From the NCBI GenBank assembly GCA_044223005.1, contig JBGAML010000003.1, forward strand, positions 262,866 to 326,865: a DNA stretch of 64,000 nucleotides, given 5' to 3'. The DNA is from Candidatus Eiseniibacteriota bacterium (lineage in GTDB: Bacteria; Eisenbacteria; RBG-16-71-46). Below are positions 28,684 to 36,951 of the stretch, piece after piece (position 1 is the stretch's first letter; each line of letters opens with the position of its first letter). The translations under genes were made by a program, and so were the position numbers. The notes beneath the pieces are model-generated. The model worked only from the letters and a program-made list of their open reading frames with translations. It ran no database searches and had not been told where the DNA came from.

Positions 28684-30072
28684 GTGAGCAACGTTCTCGA
28701 CGGCGTCCAGTACTTCGAATCCATCCTCGACACGGTCGGCGGCACGCCGCTCGTCCGGCTGCGCAAGACCGGCCAGGGCCTGCCGTGCCCCGTGCTCGCC
28801 AAGGTCGAGTTCTTCAACCCCGGCGGCAGCGTCAAGGACCGCATCGGCCTCGCGATGGTCGAGGACATGGAGAAGAAGGGCCGCTTGAAGCCCGGCGGCA
28901 CGATCGTCGAGTGCACCTCGGGCAACACCGGGCTCGGGCTCGCGATGGTCGCGGCGGTGAAGGGCTACCGCGCCGCGTTCTGCATGCCCGACAAGGTCTC
29001 GAGCGAGAAGGTGAACCTCCTGAAAGCCTTCGGCGCCGAGGTGTTCCTGAGCCCGACGGCCGTCGCGCCCGACCATCCGGATTCGTACTACTCGGTCGCC
29101 AAGCGCCTCGCCAGGGAGCGCCCGGGCGCGGTGCTGATGGACCAGTACAACAACCCCGCCAACCCGGCGGCGCACGAGGTCTCGACCGGCCCCGAACTCT
29201 GGAAGCAGACGGCCGGCCGCATCACGCACTTCGTCGCGGGCATGGGCACGGGCGGCACGATCTCCGGCACGGCCCGCTACCTGAAGTCGCAGAACCCGAA
29301 GCTCCAGGTGATCGGCGCCGACCCGGTGGGCTCGATCCTCAAGCACTACAAGGAGACGGGCCAGATGTCCGAGGCCCACACCTACAAGATCGAGGGCGTC
29401 GGCGAGGACTTCATCCCGCTCGCGCTCGACTTCTCGCTGGTGGATCGCGTGATCCAGTGCAACGACCACGACGGCCTCAACACCGCGCGGCGCCTCGCGC
29501 GCGAGGACGCCATCTTCGTCGGCGGTTCCTCGGGCATGGCCGCGTGGGTCGCCATGCAGGTCGCGCGCGAGTGCGGCCCGAACGACCTGGTCGTGGTGCT
29601 GCTGCCGGACACGGGTGAGCGCTACCTGACCAAGGTGCACAACGACGAGTGGATGCGCGACAACCACCTGCTGGACCCCGCGGACACGAGCGCCGGGCAC
29701 CTGGTCTCCGGCAAGCCGCGCCTGCGCCAGCTCGTCTCGGTGTCGGCGGGCGAGCCGTTGCGCAAGGCGCTCACGCTGATCGAGCAGCACGACGTCTCGC
29801 AACTGCCGGTCATGCGCGGCGGCGAGGTGGTGGGCACGCTGGAGGAGGGCGAGGTGCTGCGTTCGGCGCTGGCGAACCCGTCGGCGCTCGACCAGCCGGT
29901 CGACGGCCTGATGGCCGCGCCGCTGCCGGTCGTCGACGCCGGCGAACCGGCCGCGGCCGTCACGCAGCTGCTCGCGGCGCGCACGCCGGCGGTGCTCGTG
30001 CGGAGCAACGGCGCGATCTCCGGCATCCTGACGCGCTTCGACATGCTGCAGTTCATCGCGGGAGGCGAATGA
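28684..30072 (+). CDS. Cystathionine beta-synthase (PLP-dependent, with C-terminal CBS domain pair)
   Basis: The PLP-lysine region NPGGSVKDRIG and the GNTG loop. A C-terminal tandem CBS-domain region is present. Confidence 0.8.
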   Translation: MSNVLDGVQYFESILDTVGGTPLVRLRKTGQGLPCPVLAKVEFFNPGGSVKDRIGLAMVEDMEKKGRLKPGGTIVECTSGNTGLGLAMVAAVKGYRAAFCMPDKVSSEKVNLLKAFGAEVFLSPTAVAPDHPDSYYSVAKRLARERPGAVLMDQYNNPANPAAHEVSTGPELWKQTAGRITHFVAGMGTGGTISGTARYLKSQNPKLQVIGADPVGSILKHYKETGQMSEAHTYKIEGVGEDFIPLALDFSLVDRVIQCNDHDGLNTARRLAREDAIFVGGSSGMAAWVAMQVARECGPNDLVVVLLPDTGERYLTKVHNDEWMRDNHLLDPADTSAGHLVSGKPRLRQLVSVSAGEPLRKALTLIEQHDVSQLPVMRGGEVVGTLEEGEVLRSALANPSALDQPVDGLMAAPLPVVDAGEPAAAVTQLLAARTPAVLVRSNGAISGILTRFDMLQFIAGGE

Positions 30073-31244
30073 TGGCGCAGGCGCCGCTGGGACCGAAGGC
30101 CGGCTTCTCGACGAAGGCCGTGCACGCCGGGCAGGAGCCCGATCTCGCCACGGGCGCCGTCATGGTGCCCATCTACCAGACGTCCACGTACGCGCAGGAA
30201 GCGCTCGGGAACCACAAGGGCTACGAGTACGCGCGCACGCACAACGCCACGCGAGCGGCGCTCGAGCGCAACCTGGCCGCGCTCGAGGGTGGCACGCACG
30301 GGTTCAGCTTCGGCTCGGGGCTCGCGGCGACCAACGCGATCACGCAGGCGCTCTCGGCCGGCGAGCACGTGGTGTGCGGCAACAACACCTACGGCGGCAC
30401 CTACCGGCTGTTCGAGAAGGTCTGGCGCCGCCACGGTCTCGACTTCACGTTCGTCGACTGCACCGACGTCGCCGGGGTGGAGGCTGCCTTCCGCCCGAAC
30501 ACGAAGATGCTCTGGCTCGAGACGCCGACCAACCCGCTCATGCAGCTCGCCGACATCCGCGAGCTCTCGGCGCGCGCGAAGCAGCGCGGGATCCGCGTGG
30601 TGGTGGACAACACGTTCATGACGCCGTACTTCCAGCGCCCGCTCGAACTGGGAGCGGACGTCGTCATGCACTCGGTGACCAAGTACCTGAACGGCCACAG
30701 CGACATGGTGGGCGGTGCCGTGGTCACCTCCGACGAGGCGTTCGCCGAGCAGCTGCGGTTCCTGCAGAACGCGGCCGGTGCGGTGCCCGGCCCCATGGAC
30801 TGCTTCCTCTGCCTGCGCGGCACCAAGACGCTGGCGGTCCGCATGCGCCAGCACGAGGCGAGCGCGCGCGAACTGGCGAAGGTGCTGGAGGGCCACAAGG
30901 GCGTGAGCCGCGTCTTCTACCCGGGGCTGGCGTCGCACCCGCAGCACGAGCTCGCGAAGCGGCAGGCGTCCGGGTTCGGGGGGATGATCTCGTTCATTCC
31001 CGGGGACGGCTCCCTGGCCGCCGGAGAACGCGTTTTCAACCGGTTCAAGCTCTTCACCCGGGCCGAGAGCCTCGGTGGCGTCGAGAGTCTCGTCTGCCAC
31101 CCGGCGTCCATGACGCATGCGTCGGTGCCGCGGGAATCGCGGCTGGCGATGGGCTTCCTGGACGGCCTTCTGCGGCTTTCCGTGGGGATCGAAGACCTCG
31201 ACGATCTCCGGGCAGATCTCGATCAGGCGCTCCAAGGTGTTTAG
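30069..31244 (+). CDS. Cystathionine gamma-lyase / gamma-synthase family PLP enzyme
   Basis: AVHAG...TSTY N-terminus. The PLP-Lys motif SVTKYLNGHSD. The ATG overlaps the CBS stop, so the two are translationally coupled. Confidence 0.8.
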   Translation: MMAQAPLGPKAGFSTKAVHAGQEPDLATGAVMVPIYQTSTYAQEALGNHKGYEYARTHNATRAALERNLAALEGGTHGFSFGSGLAATNAITQALSAGEHVVCGNNTYGGTYRLFEKVWRRHGLDFTFVDCTDVAGVEAAFRPNTKMLWLETPTNPLMQLADIRELSARAKQRGIRVVVDNTFMTPYFQRPLELGADVVMHSVTKYLNGHSDMVGGAVVTSDEAFAEQLRFLQNAAGAVPGPMDCFLCLRGTKTLAVRMRQHEASARELAKVLEGHKGVSRVFYPGLASHPQHELAKRQASGFGGMISFIPGDGSLAAGERVFNRFKLFTRAESLGGVESLVCHPASMTHASVPRESRLAMGFLDGLLRLSVGIEDLDDLRADLDQALQGV

Positions 31245-31294
31245 GGCCTTGGGGTTGTGGCAATGATGTGCCCGAATTCCCATGAAGAATCCAT

Positions 31295-31323
31295 TTGACA
31301 GATCGGGGTAGTGTCCCTAGCCT
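31295..31323 (+). promoter_or_regulatory. Candidate sigma70-like promoter TTGACA-17nt-TAGCCT heading a roughly 210-nt AT-richer leader
   Basis: Hexamers read directly in the sequence. See the finding on the leader. Confidence 0.3.
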
Positions 31324-31537
31324 GCGGGACGCTTCACAGGTCGCGCGCTGTGTCGCCAGGTCCGGGCGCGCCCTGGCTGCCACGACTGATCATCCGTGAG
31401 CGCAGGGAAGCCGCTCGCCTGACACCGCTCCCCGACCAGTGGTGTTTTTCTTTGAGATCCCGCGGAAATTCGAAAAATCTAGTGGCCGTCGCCGGTTTCC
31501 CGGCACGGTGATTTGGGAGGAGGTGAACCTGAACACG

Positions 31538-31738
31538 ATGCGCAAGTACTTCGCTCTCTCGATGGTCGCCCTTCTGGCGCTGACCCTCGCGATCGCCGCG
31601 CTGAGCTGTGGCAAGAAGGAGGAAGCTCCTGCCACGACCGGCACCGAGCAGACGACGCCTCCGGCGGACACGGCTGCTGCTATGGCGATGGACAGCACCG
31701 GTGGTGCTGCTATGGACACGACCCAGGCGGCCAAGTAA
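31538..31738 (+). CDS. Small lipoprotein (66 aa) with Thr/Ala/Met-rich tail
   Basis: Signal peptide plus lipobox (AIAALSCG). GGGAGGAGG lies 15 nt upstream. Confidence 0.5.
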   Translation: MRKYFALSMVALLALTLAIAALSCGKKEEAPATTGTEQTTPPADTAAAMAMDSTGGAAMDTTQAAK

Positions 31739-31871
31739 TACCGCGTGGGAAGCAGTTCGGACGGGGAGGCGCCTCGCGGCGCCTCCCCTTTCCGCTGCCC
31801 TGCGGGTGGGCGGCGGCAACCTGATGAGCGGTCGAACCGTAGGCATGGACGGTGATTGGAGGAAACTGACC

Positions 31872-32906
31872 GTGACGACCCGCACCTTCGCCGCCATCGC
31901 AATCGCCCTCCTGGCCGCCATTCGGCCGGCCGGGGCGGGAACCGAACCGCCCTCGCACGTGGACCGCAGCCTGCGGGTCGCCGAGGTCCGTGGCCTGACC
32001 GGCGTGGACGTGGACAACGCCCGCGGCTCGGTCGAGCTGAAGGCCAGCCCAGACAACCTGCTGCACGTCACCGCGACGCGCGTGATCCGCATGGGCACCG
32101 AAGCCGAGGTGCGCAAGTACACCGAGCAGACGACCGTGGACTGCGGGCCGAAGGGCAACCGCTACGTCGTCGCCGTGCACTATCCCAAGCGGATCGAGAC
32201 CCACTTCGACTTCTTCGACCTCTTCTCCGAGCGCGGCCGGCAGCGGCTCGAGATGCCCCGGATCGAGGTCCGCCTCGAACTGCTGGTGCCCGCGAACTTC
32301 GCGGCCACGGTCGGGACCGCGAGCGGCGACGTGTCCGCGAACGGCCTCGCCGGCGCACTCGACGTGCGGACCGCCAGCGGCGACGTGAACCTGGACGGCG
32401 TCACGGCCGCGCACGTGCGCACCGCCAGCGGTGGCGTGATCGCGCGCGCCACGGGCCGGCTCGACGCCGGCACCGCCAGCGGCGACGTGCAGGTGACCGC
32501 GGCTCGCGACAGCATCACGCTCTCCTCGCAGAGCGGTGACGTCACCGTGGACGGCGCGCCCGGTGGCGTGCGCGCGCACACCGTCAGCGGCGAGCTGACC
32601 GTGCGCGGCGCCGCGACGCGCGCCGATCTCGCGACCGTGAGCGGCGACCTCGAGGCGCGGCTGCAGGGGCCGCTGGCCAACGCGAGCCTGACGTCGGTGA
32701 GTGGTGACGTCGACCTGCGGCTCGCGGGGGGCATGGGCGCCCGCCTGAGCGCGAAGACCCTGAGCGGCTCGCTGGAATGCAACGGCAGCGTGACGCTGCA
32801 GCACCACGACCGCAACGAGCTGGAAGCGACGATCGGTGGCGGAGGGACGCCGATCCGCGTCAAGACCACCTCGGGCAACATCACCGTCACGAGCGGAGGC
32901 CAGTGA
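31872..32906 (+). CDS. Secreted DUF4097-family beta-helical repeat protein
   Basis: Signal peptide. Repeated TASGDVxxDG / SGDVTVDG units are present. The GTG start at 31872 has GGAGG 8 nt upstream. The longer ORF-track start is not supported. Confidence 0.65.
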   Translation: MTTRTFAAIAIALLAAIRPAGAGTEPPSHVDRSLRVAEVRGLTGVDVDNARGSVELKASPDNLLHVTATRVIRMGTEAEVRKYTEQTTVDCGPKGNRYVVAVHYPKRIETHFDFFDLFSERGRQRLEMPRIEVRLELLVPANFAATVGTASGDVSANGLAGALDVRTASGDVNLDGVTAAHVRTASGGVIARATGRLDAGTASGDVQVTAARDSITLSSQSGDVTVDGAPGGVRAHTVSGELTVRGAATRADLATVSGDLEARLQGPLANASLTSVSGDVDLRLAGGMGARLSAKTLSGSLECNGSVTLQHHDRNELEATIGGGGTPIRVKTTSGNITVTSGGQ

Positions 32907-32908
32907 CC

Positions 32909-34288
32909 ATGCGACGCCCGTTCGCGCAGTACGCCGCCCCCATCTTCACCGCGCTCGCGCTCCTCGGGAACGTGTCGCTCGCCCTCGCGCAACAGACGAT
33001 GGACTTTCACCCGCTGCCGCCCGAGAGCGCCGCCGCGATCGAGCCCCGCGGTTCGCACCGCATCGAGATCCAGGGTTCGGATCGCAACGGCCGCAAGGGT
33101 GTGCACGTCGTCATCGATTCCACGGGCGGCATCATTTCGCTGCCCGGCGGAAAGATCTCGTCGGCGGCCGAGACGCCCGAGACTCCGGACACGCCGCCGC
33201 CGCCGGACACGCCCGAACCTCCGAGCGACTCCGCGCACGAGACGACCGGTGAGATCGTCCGCTTTGGCACCGACATCCACGTGCCCGAGAACCAGGTCGT
33301 CGAGGGCGACGTGGTCGGCATGGGCGGCTCGGTCCGAGTCGACGGCACCGTGCGCGGCAGCGTCACCTCGATGGGGGGCGATGTCACGCTGAGCCCCACC
33401 GCGCGCGTGGACGGCGACGTGGTCTGCCTCGGCGGCACGCTGCACGAGGAGGACGGCTCGTCGGTGGGAGGTCAGCGCGTCACCGCACCGCGCGTGCCCG
33501 GAAGCCGCTTCCTGCTCCCGGTGCTCTCGGTGGTCGGCACGGGCGTCAAGGTCGTCACGCACCTGTTCGTGATGCTGATCCTCATGGGGATCGCGTTCCT
33601 GTTCACCAAGCTGGCCCCCGGCCGCACGCAGACTTCCGTCGAGGCCGTGCGCCGCGAGCCCGGCATGAACTTCCTCGTCGGCCTGCTCCTCTGGGGCATG
33701 CTGATTCCGTCGCTCGTCGTCATCGCGATCGCCGCCGCGATCCTGTGCATCACGATCATCGGCATCCCGCTCGCGATCGCCGCACTCGTCGGCTACGCGT
33801 TCCTGCTCGTGATCCTGCTGGTGTGGGGCTCCGTGGTCGGCTACGCCGTCCTGGGCGGGCACCTGCAGCAGCGGCTGCGCGGCGAGTCGATCTCGATCCT
33901 GCGCGCCGCGCTCTGGGGCATCGCCGGGGTCTACGGCCTGCGCATCGTGGGCGACCTGCTGCACATCGTGCCCGTGTTCGGGTTCCTCGGCGGGATGCTG
34001 AACGTGATCGCGATCGTGGCCGGCGTCGTGCTCGCGACGCTCGGCGCCGGCGCGCTGCTGCGCGAGGAGTACTCGCGGCGCACCGTGCAGGACTGGTGGC
34101 ACCGCTCGCGGCCGCGCCGCGGCGTCGTGACGCCCGCCGGCGCGCCCGCGTCGGCCTACCCGCCTCCGCCCGCGCCCGAGCCCGTGAGCTCGTCCGACGT
34201 GATGGGCGCGAGCGCACCGCCGCCGCCGCCGCCGCCGCCCGCGTCGCCCGCGAGTGGTGGCGAACCGCCCGCGACGCCGATCGCCTGA
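32909..34288 (+). CDS. Membrane protein with N-terminal signal peptide, extracytoplasmic bactofilin-like beta-helical repeats, polytopic TM region and Pro-rich C-terminal tail
   Basis: VEGDVVGMGGSVRVDGTVRGSVTSMGGDVTL...VDGDVVCLGGTL repeats. Four or more hydrophobic helices follow, then a C-terminal PPPPPPPP run. The ATG at 32909 lies just after the DUF4097 stop, with GGAGG upstream. Confidence 0.6.
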   Translation: MRRPFAQYAAPIFTALALLGNVSLALAQQTMDFHPLPPESAAAIEPRGSHRIEIQGSDRNGRKGVHVVIDSTGGIISLPGGKISSAAETPETPDTPPPPDTPEPPSDSAHETTGEIVRFGTDIHVPENQVVEGDVVGMGGSVRVDGTVRGSVTSMGGDVTLSPTARVDGDVVCLGGTLHEEDGSSVGGQRVTAPRVPGSRFLLPVLSVVGTGVKVVTHLFVMLILMGIAFLFTKLAPGRTQTSVEAVRREPGMNFLVGLLLWGMLIPSLVVIAIAAAILCITIIGIPLAIAALVGYAFLLVILLVWGSVVGYAVLGGHLQQRLRGESISILRAALWGIAGVYGLRIVGDLLHIVPVFGFLGGMLNVIAIVAGVVLATLGAGALLREEYSRRTVQDWWHRSRPRRGVVTPAGAPASAYPPPPAPEPVSSSDVMGASAPPPPPPPPASPASGGEPPATPIA

Positions 34289-34439
34289 GGGCGCCGCAGT
34301 TCCGGCCCGGCTCCGCACCTGCGGCGCCGGGCCTCGCATTTGCGCCGCGCCGCGCTCCTGCGGCAAGGTCGCGGCGCTCCCGCGCGCGGTGGCGTCACGC
34401 CCGTGACCGGCCGCCCGCCGGAGCGATCCGGAGGCGGGC

Positions 34440-34970
34440 GTGGCCGTGTCGCCGTTGTGGGTGCTGTGCGCGTGGCTGTTCCTCGATGGCGCGACGTTCT
34501 CGGTCGCGACCACGCCGCTGCTGCTGCTCTACGCGCCCGGCTTCCCGCCCTGGCAGGTCGCGGTCGCCGGCGGGCTCTCGAGCGCCGCGGGCAACGTCGT
34601 GCAGCTCGTGGTGCTGCGCTGGATGCTGGCGAACGAGCGCCCGTGGATGGGCCGGCTGCTGCCCGCGCGCGCGACGGTCGAGGCCGCGCTCGCGCAGTAC
34701 CCGTCGGCCAAGTTCCTCGCGATCCTGATCGCACGCGCGACGCCGCTGCCCGATGCGCCGATCAAGCTCGTGGCCGCCATGTTGCGCTATCCGCTGCCGC
34801 TCTACTTCCTCGCCGTGTTGCTGGGCGCGCTGCCCTACTACTGGGCGCTCGCCTGGGTCGGGCACACGTTCAAACTCCCGGTGTGGCTGATCGCCGGCGT
34901 GGCGGCGCTGTTCGTGATCGGCCTGGCGATCGACCAGCTGCGCCGCGGGAGGTCACGTGGCGCGGCGTGA
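34440..34970 (+). CDS. Small polytopic membrane protein, DedA/TVP38-like
   Basis: Four predicted TM helices. G/P-rich re-entrant-like motif YAPGFPPWQVAVAGG. GTG start with GGAGG 5 nt upstream. Confidence 0.4.
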   Translation: MAVSPLWVLCAWLFLDGATFSVATTPLLLLYAPGFPPWQVAVAGGLSSAAGNVVQLVVLRWMLANERPWMGRLLPARATVEAALAQYPSAKFLAILIARATPLPDAPIKLVAAMLRYPLPLYFLAVLLGALPYYWALAWVGHTFKLPVWLIAGVAALFVIGLAIDQLRRGRSRGAA

Positions 34971-36951
34971 GCGGGCGGCGCAGGCCGTCGGCGTCGACAC
35001 CGGCGGGACGTTCACCGACGTCGTCGTCTGGCGCGGCGGCCGCCGCGAGGCGTTCAAGGTGCCTTCGACGCCGGCCGCCCCCGAGCGCGCCGTGCTCGAA
35101 GCGCTCGCGCGCGCGGGCGCGACCGCCGCGACACAGGTGCGCCACGGCTCGACCGTGGCGACCAACGCGCTGCTCGAGCGCAAGGGCGCGCGCGTCGTGT
35201 TCGTGACCACGGCCGGCTTCGAGGACGTGCTCGAGATCGGGCGCCAGGACCGGCCGCGGATCTACGACCTCGCGCCCGCGCGCCCCGAGACGCTCGTGCC
35301 GCGGGCGCGCCGCCTCGGCGCCCGCGAGCGGCTCGGGGCGGACGGCGAGGTGGTGCGCCCGCTCACCGCCACGGAGTGCCGGCGCGTCGCCGCGCGCGTG
35401 CGCGCGGCGAAGCCGGAGGCGATCGCGATCGGCCTGCTGCACGCGTGGCGCGACGGCGCGCACGAGCGGCGGCTGGCGCAGGTGTTGTGCGGGCTTGGTG
35501 TGCCGGTCTCGTGCTCGAGCATGCTCTGTCCCGAGGTGCGCGAGGTCGAGCGCTTCGCGACCACGGTCGCCAACGCGTTCCTCGCGCCGCGCGTGGCGCG
35601 CTACCTCGGCGCGCTCGCGCGCTCGCGCCGTGGGCGGATCGAGGTGGTGCTCTCGCACGGCGGGACCGCGCCCGTGGCCGACGCCGCGCGCGAGCCGGTG
35701 CGCCAGCTGCTCTCGGGCCCCGCGGCCGGGCTGCGCGCGGCGCTCGCCGCGGCGCGCGCGTGCGGCCATGCGGCGGCGCTCACGCTGGACGTGGGCGGCA
35801 CCTCCACCGACTGCGCGCTGCTGGGCGCGGGGGAGACCGGCGCCGACGGCCTGCCGCGGCGGCGCGCGCGCGACGTGGGCGGCGTGCCCGTGCTGCTGCC
35901 GACGCTCGACGTGCATACCGTCGGCGCGGGCGGCGGCTCGATCGCGTTCGTGGACGCGGGCGGCCTGCTGCAGGTGGGCCCCGGCAGCGCCGGCGCCGAT
36001 CCCGGCCCCGCGTGCTACGGGCGCGGCGGCCCGGCCACCGTGACGGACGCACTGCTGGTGCTCGGGCTGCTGCCCATGGCGTCGCTCGCCGGCGGCGCGA
36101 TCGCGCTGGACCACGAGGCGGCGCACGCCGCGATGGCCGCGCTCGCGCGTGCGCTGCGCCTGCGCGACGCCGCGGCGGCTGCCGCGGGCGTGCTGGCGAT
36201 CGCGAACGCGCGCATGGAGGCGGCGCTGCGGCACGTGTCGGTGGAGCGCGGCGAGGATCCGCGCGGCGCGGCGCTCGTGGCGTTCGGCGGCGCGGGCGGG
36301 CTGCACGCTTGCGCGCTCGCGGCGTCGCTCGGCGCGCCCGCCGTGGTGTGGCCGCGGCACGCGGGCGTGCTCTGCGCGCTGGGCGCGCTGGAAGGCGGCT
36401 CGCGGCGCGAGAAGAGCCGCAGTGTGCTGCGCGACGCGGGCGAACGCGCGACGCTGGCGCGCGAGCTCGCGCGTCTCGCGCGCGAGGTGCGCGCGGCGTT
36501 CCCGGCCGCCGAGCGGCGTCGCGCGACGCTCGAGGAGTGGGCGGAGGTGCGCGTGCGCGGGCAGGCGCACGAGCTCTCCGTGCCCGCGGAGCCGCTCGCC
36601 GGGCTCGCCGAACGCTTCCACCGCGCCCACGAGCGGCGCTACGGCTTCGCCGACCGCGGGCGCGCGGTGGAGGTGGTGACGCTCGAGGTGCGCGGCGCCG
36701 TGCGATCGACGTTGCCCGCCGAGGGTGCCACCGCACGCCGGGTCGCCGCCCGTGCGGAGACCGTGCGCGTGCGCGAGGGCGGCCGCGAGCGCGCGGCGCG
36801 GCTCGTGCACCGCGACGCGCTCGCGCCCGGTGCCAGCGTCGCGGGGCCGGCGATCGTCTGCGACGCGGGCGCCACGTTCTGGCTCGCCGACGGCTGGCGC
36901 GCGCGCGTGCACCGCTCGGGCGCGCTGGTCGCCACGCGGAGGCCGCGATGA
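34957..36951 (+). CDS. hyuA: Hydantoinase A / 5-oxoprolinase subunit A family
   Basis: VGVDTGGTFTDVVV N-terminal ATPase motif. Hydantoinase_A central region. The start overlaps the preceding gene. Confidence 0.85.
   Translation: MARRERAAQAVGVDTGGTFTDVVVWRGGRREAFKVPSTPAAPERAVLEALARAGATAATQVRHGSTVATNALLERKGARVVFVTTAGFEDVLEIGRQDRPRIYDLAPARPETLVPRARRLGARERLGADGEVVRPLTATECRRVAARVRAAKPEAIAIGLLHAWRDGAHERRLAQVLCGLGVPVSCSSMLCPEVREVERFATTVANAFLAPRVARYLGALARSRRGRIEVVLSHGGTAPVADAAREPVRQLLSGPAAGLRAALAAARACGHAAALTLDVGGTSTDCALLGAGETGADGLPRRRARDVGGVPVLLPTLDVHTVGAGGGSIAFVDAGGLLQVGPGSAGADPGPACYGRGGPATVTDALLVLGLLPMASLAGGAIALDHEAAHAAMAALARALRLRDAAAAAAGVLAIANARMEAALRHVSVERGEDPRGAALVAFGGAGGLHACALAASLGAPAVVWPRHAGVLCALGALEGGSRREKSRSVLRDAGERATLARELARLAREVRAAFPAAERRRATLEEWAEVRVRGQAHELSVPAEPLAGLAERFHRAHERRYGFADRGRAVEVVTLEVRGAVRSTLPAEGATARRVAARAETVRVREGGRERAARLVHRDALAPGASVAGPAIVCDAGATFWLADGWRARVHRSGALVATRRPR

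Noticed and set aside
34200-34260. CCG/GCC-rich simple repeat
   Set aside because: It encodes the polyproline tail (PPPPPPPP) of the 32909..34288 membrane protein. It is a coding low-complexity region and not a CRISPR or other repeat element.
35376-36947. N-terminal 524-aa extension of the hyuB ORF in the ORF track
   Set aside because: It overlaps hyuA in a different frame. Hydantoinase_B homology begins at the ATG at 36948, which overlaps the hyuA stop.
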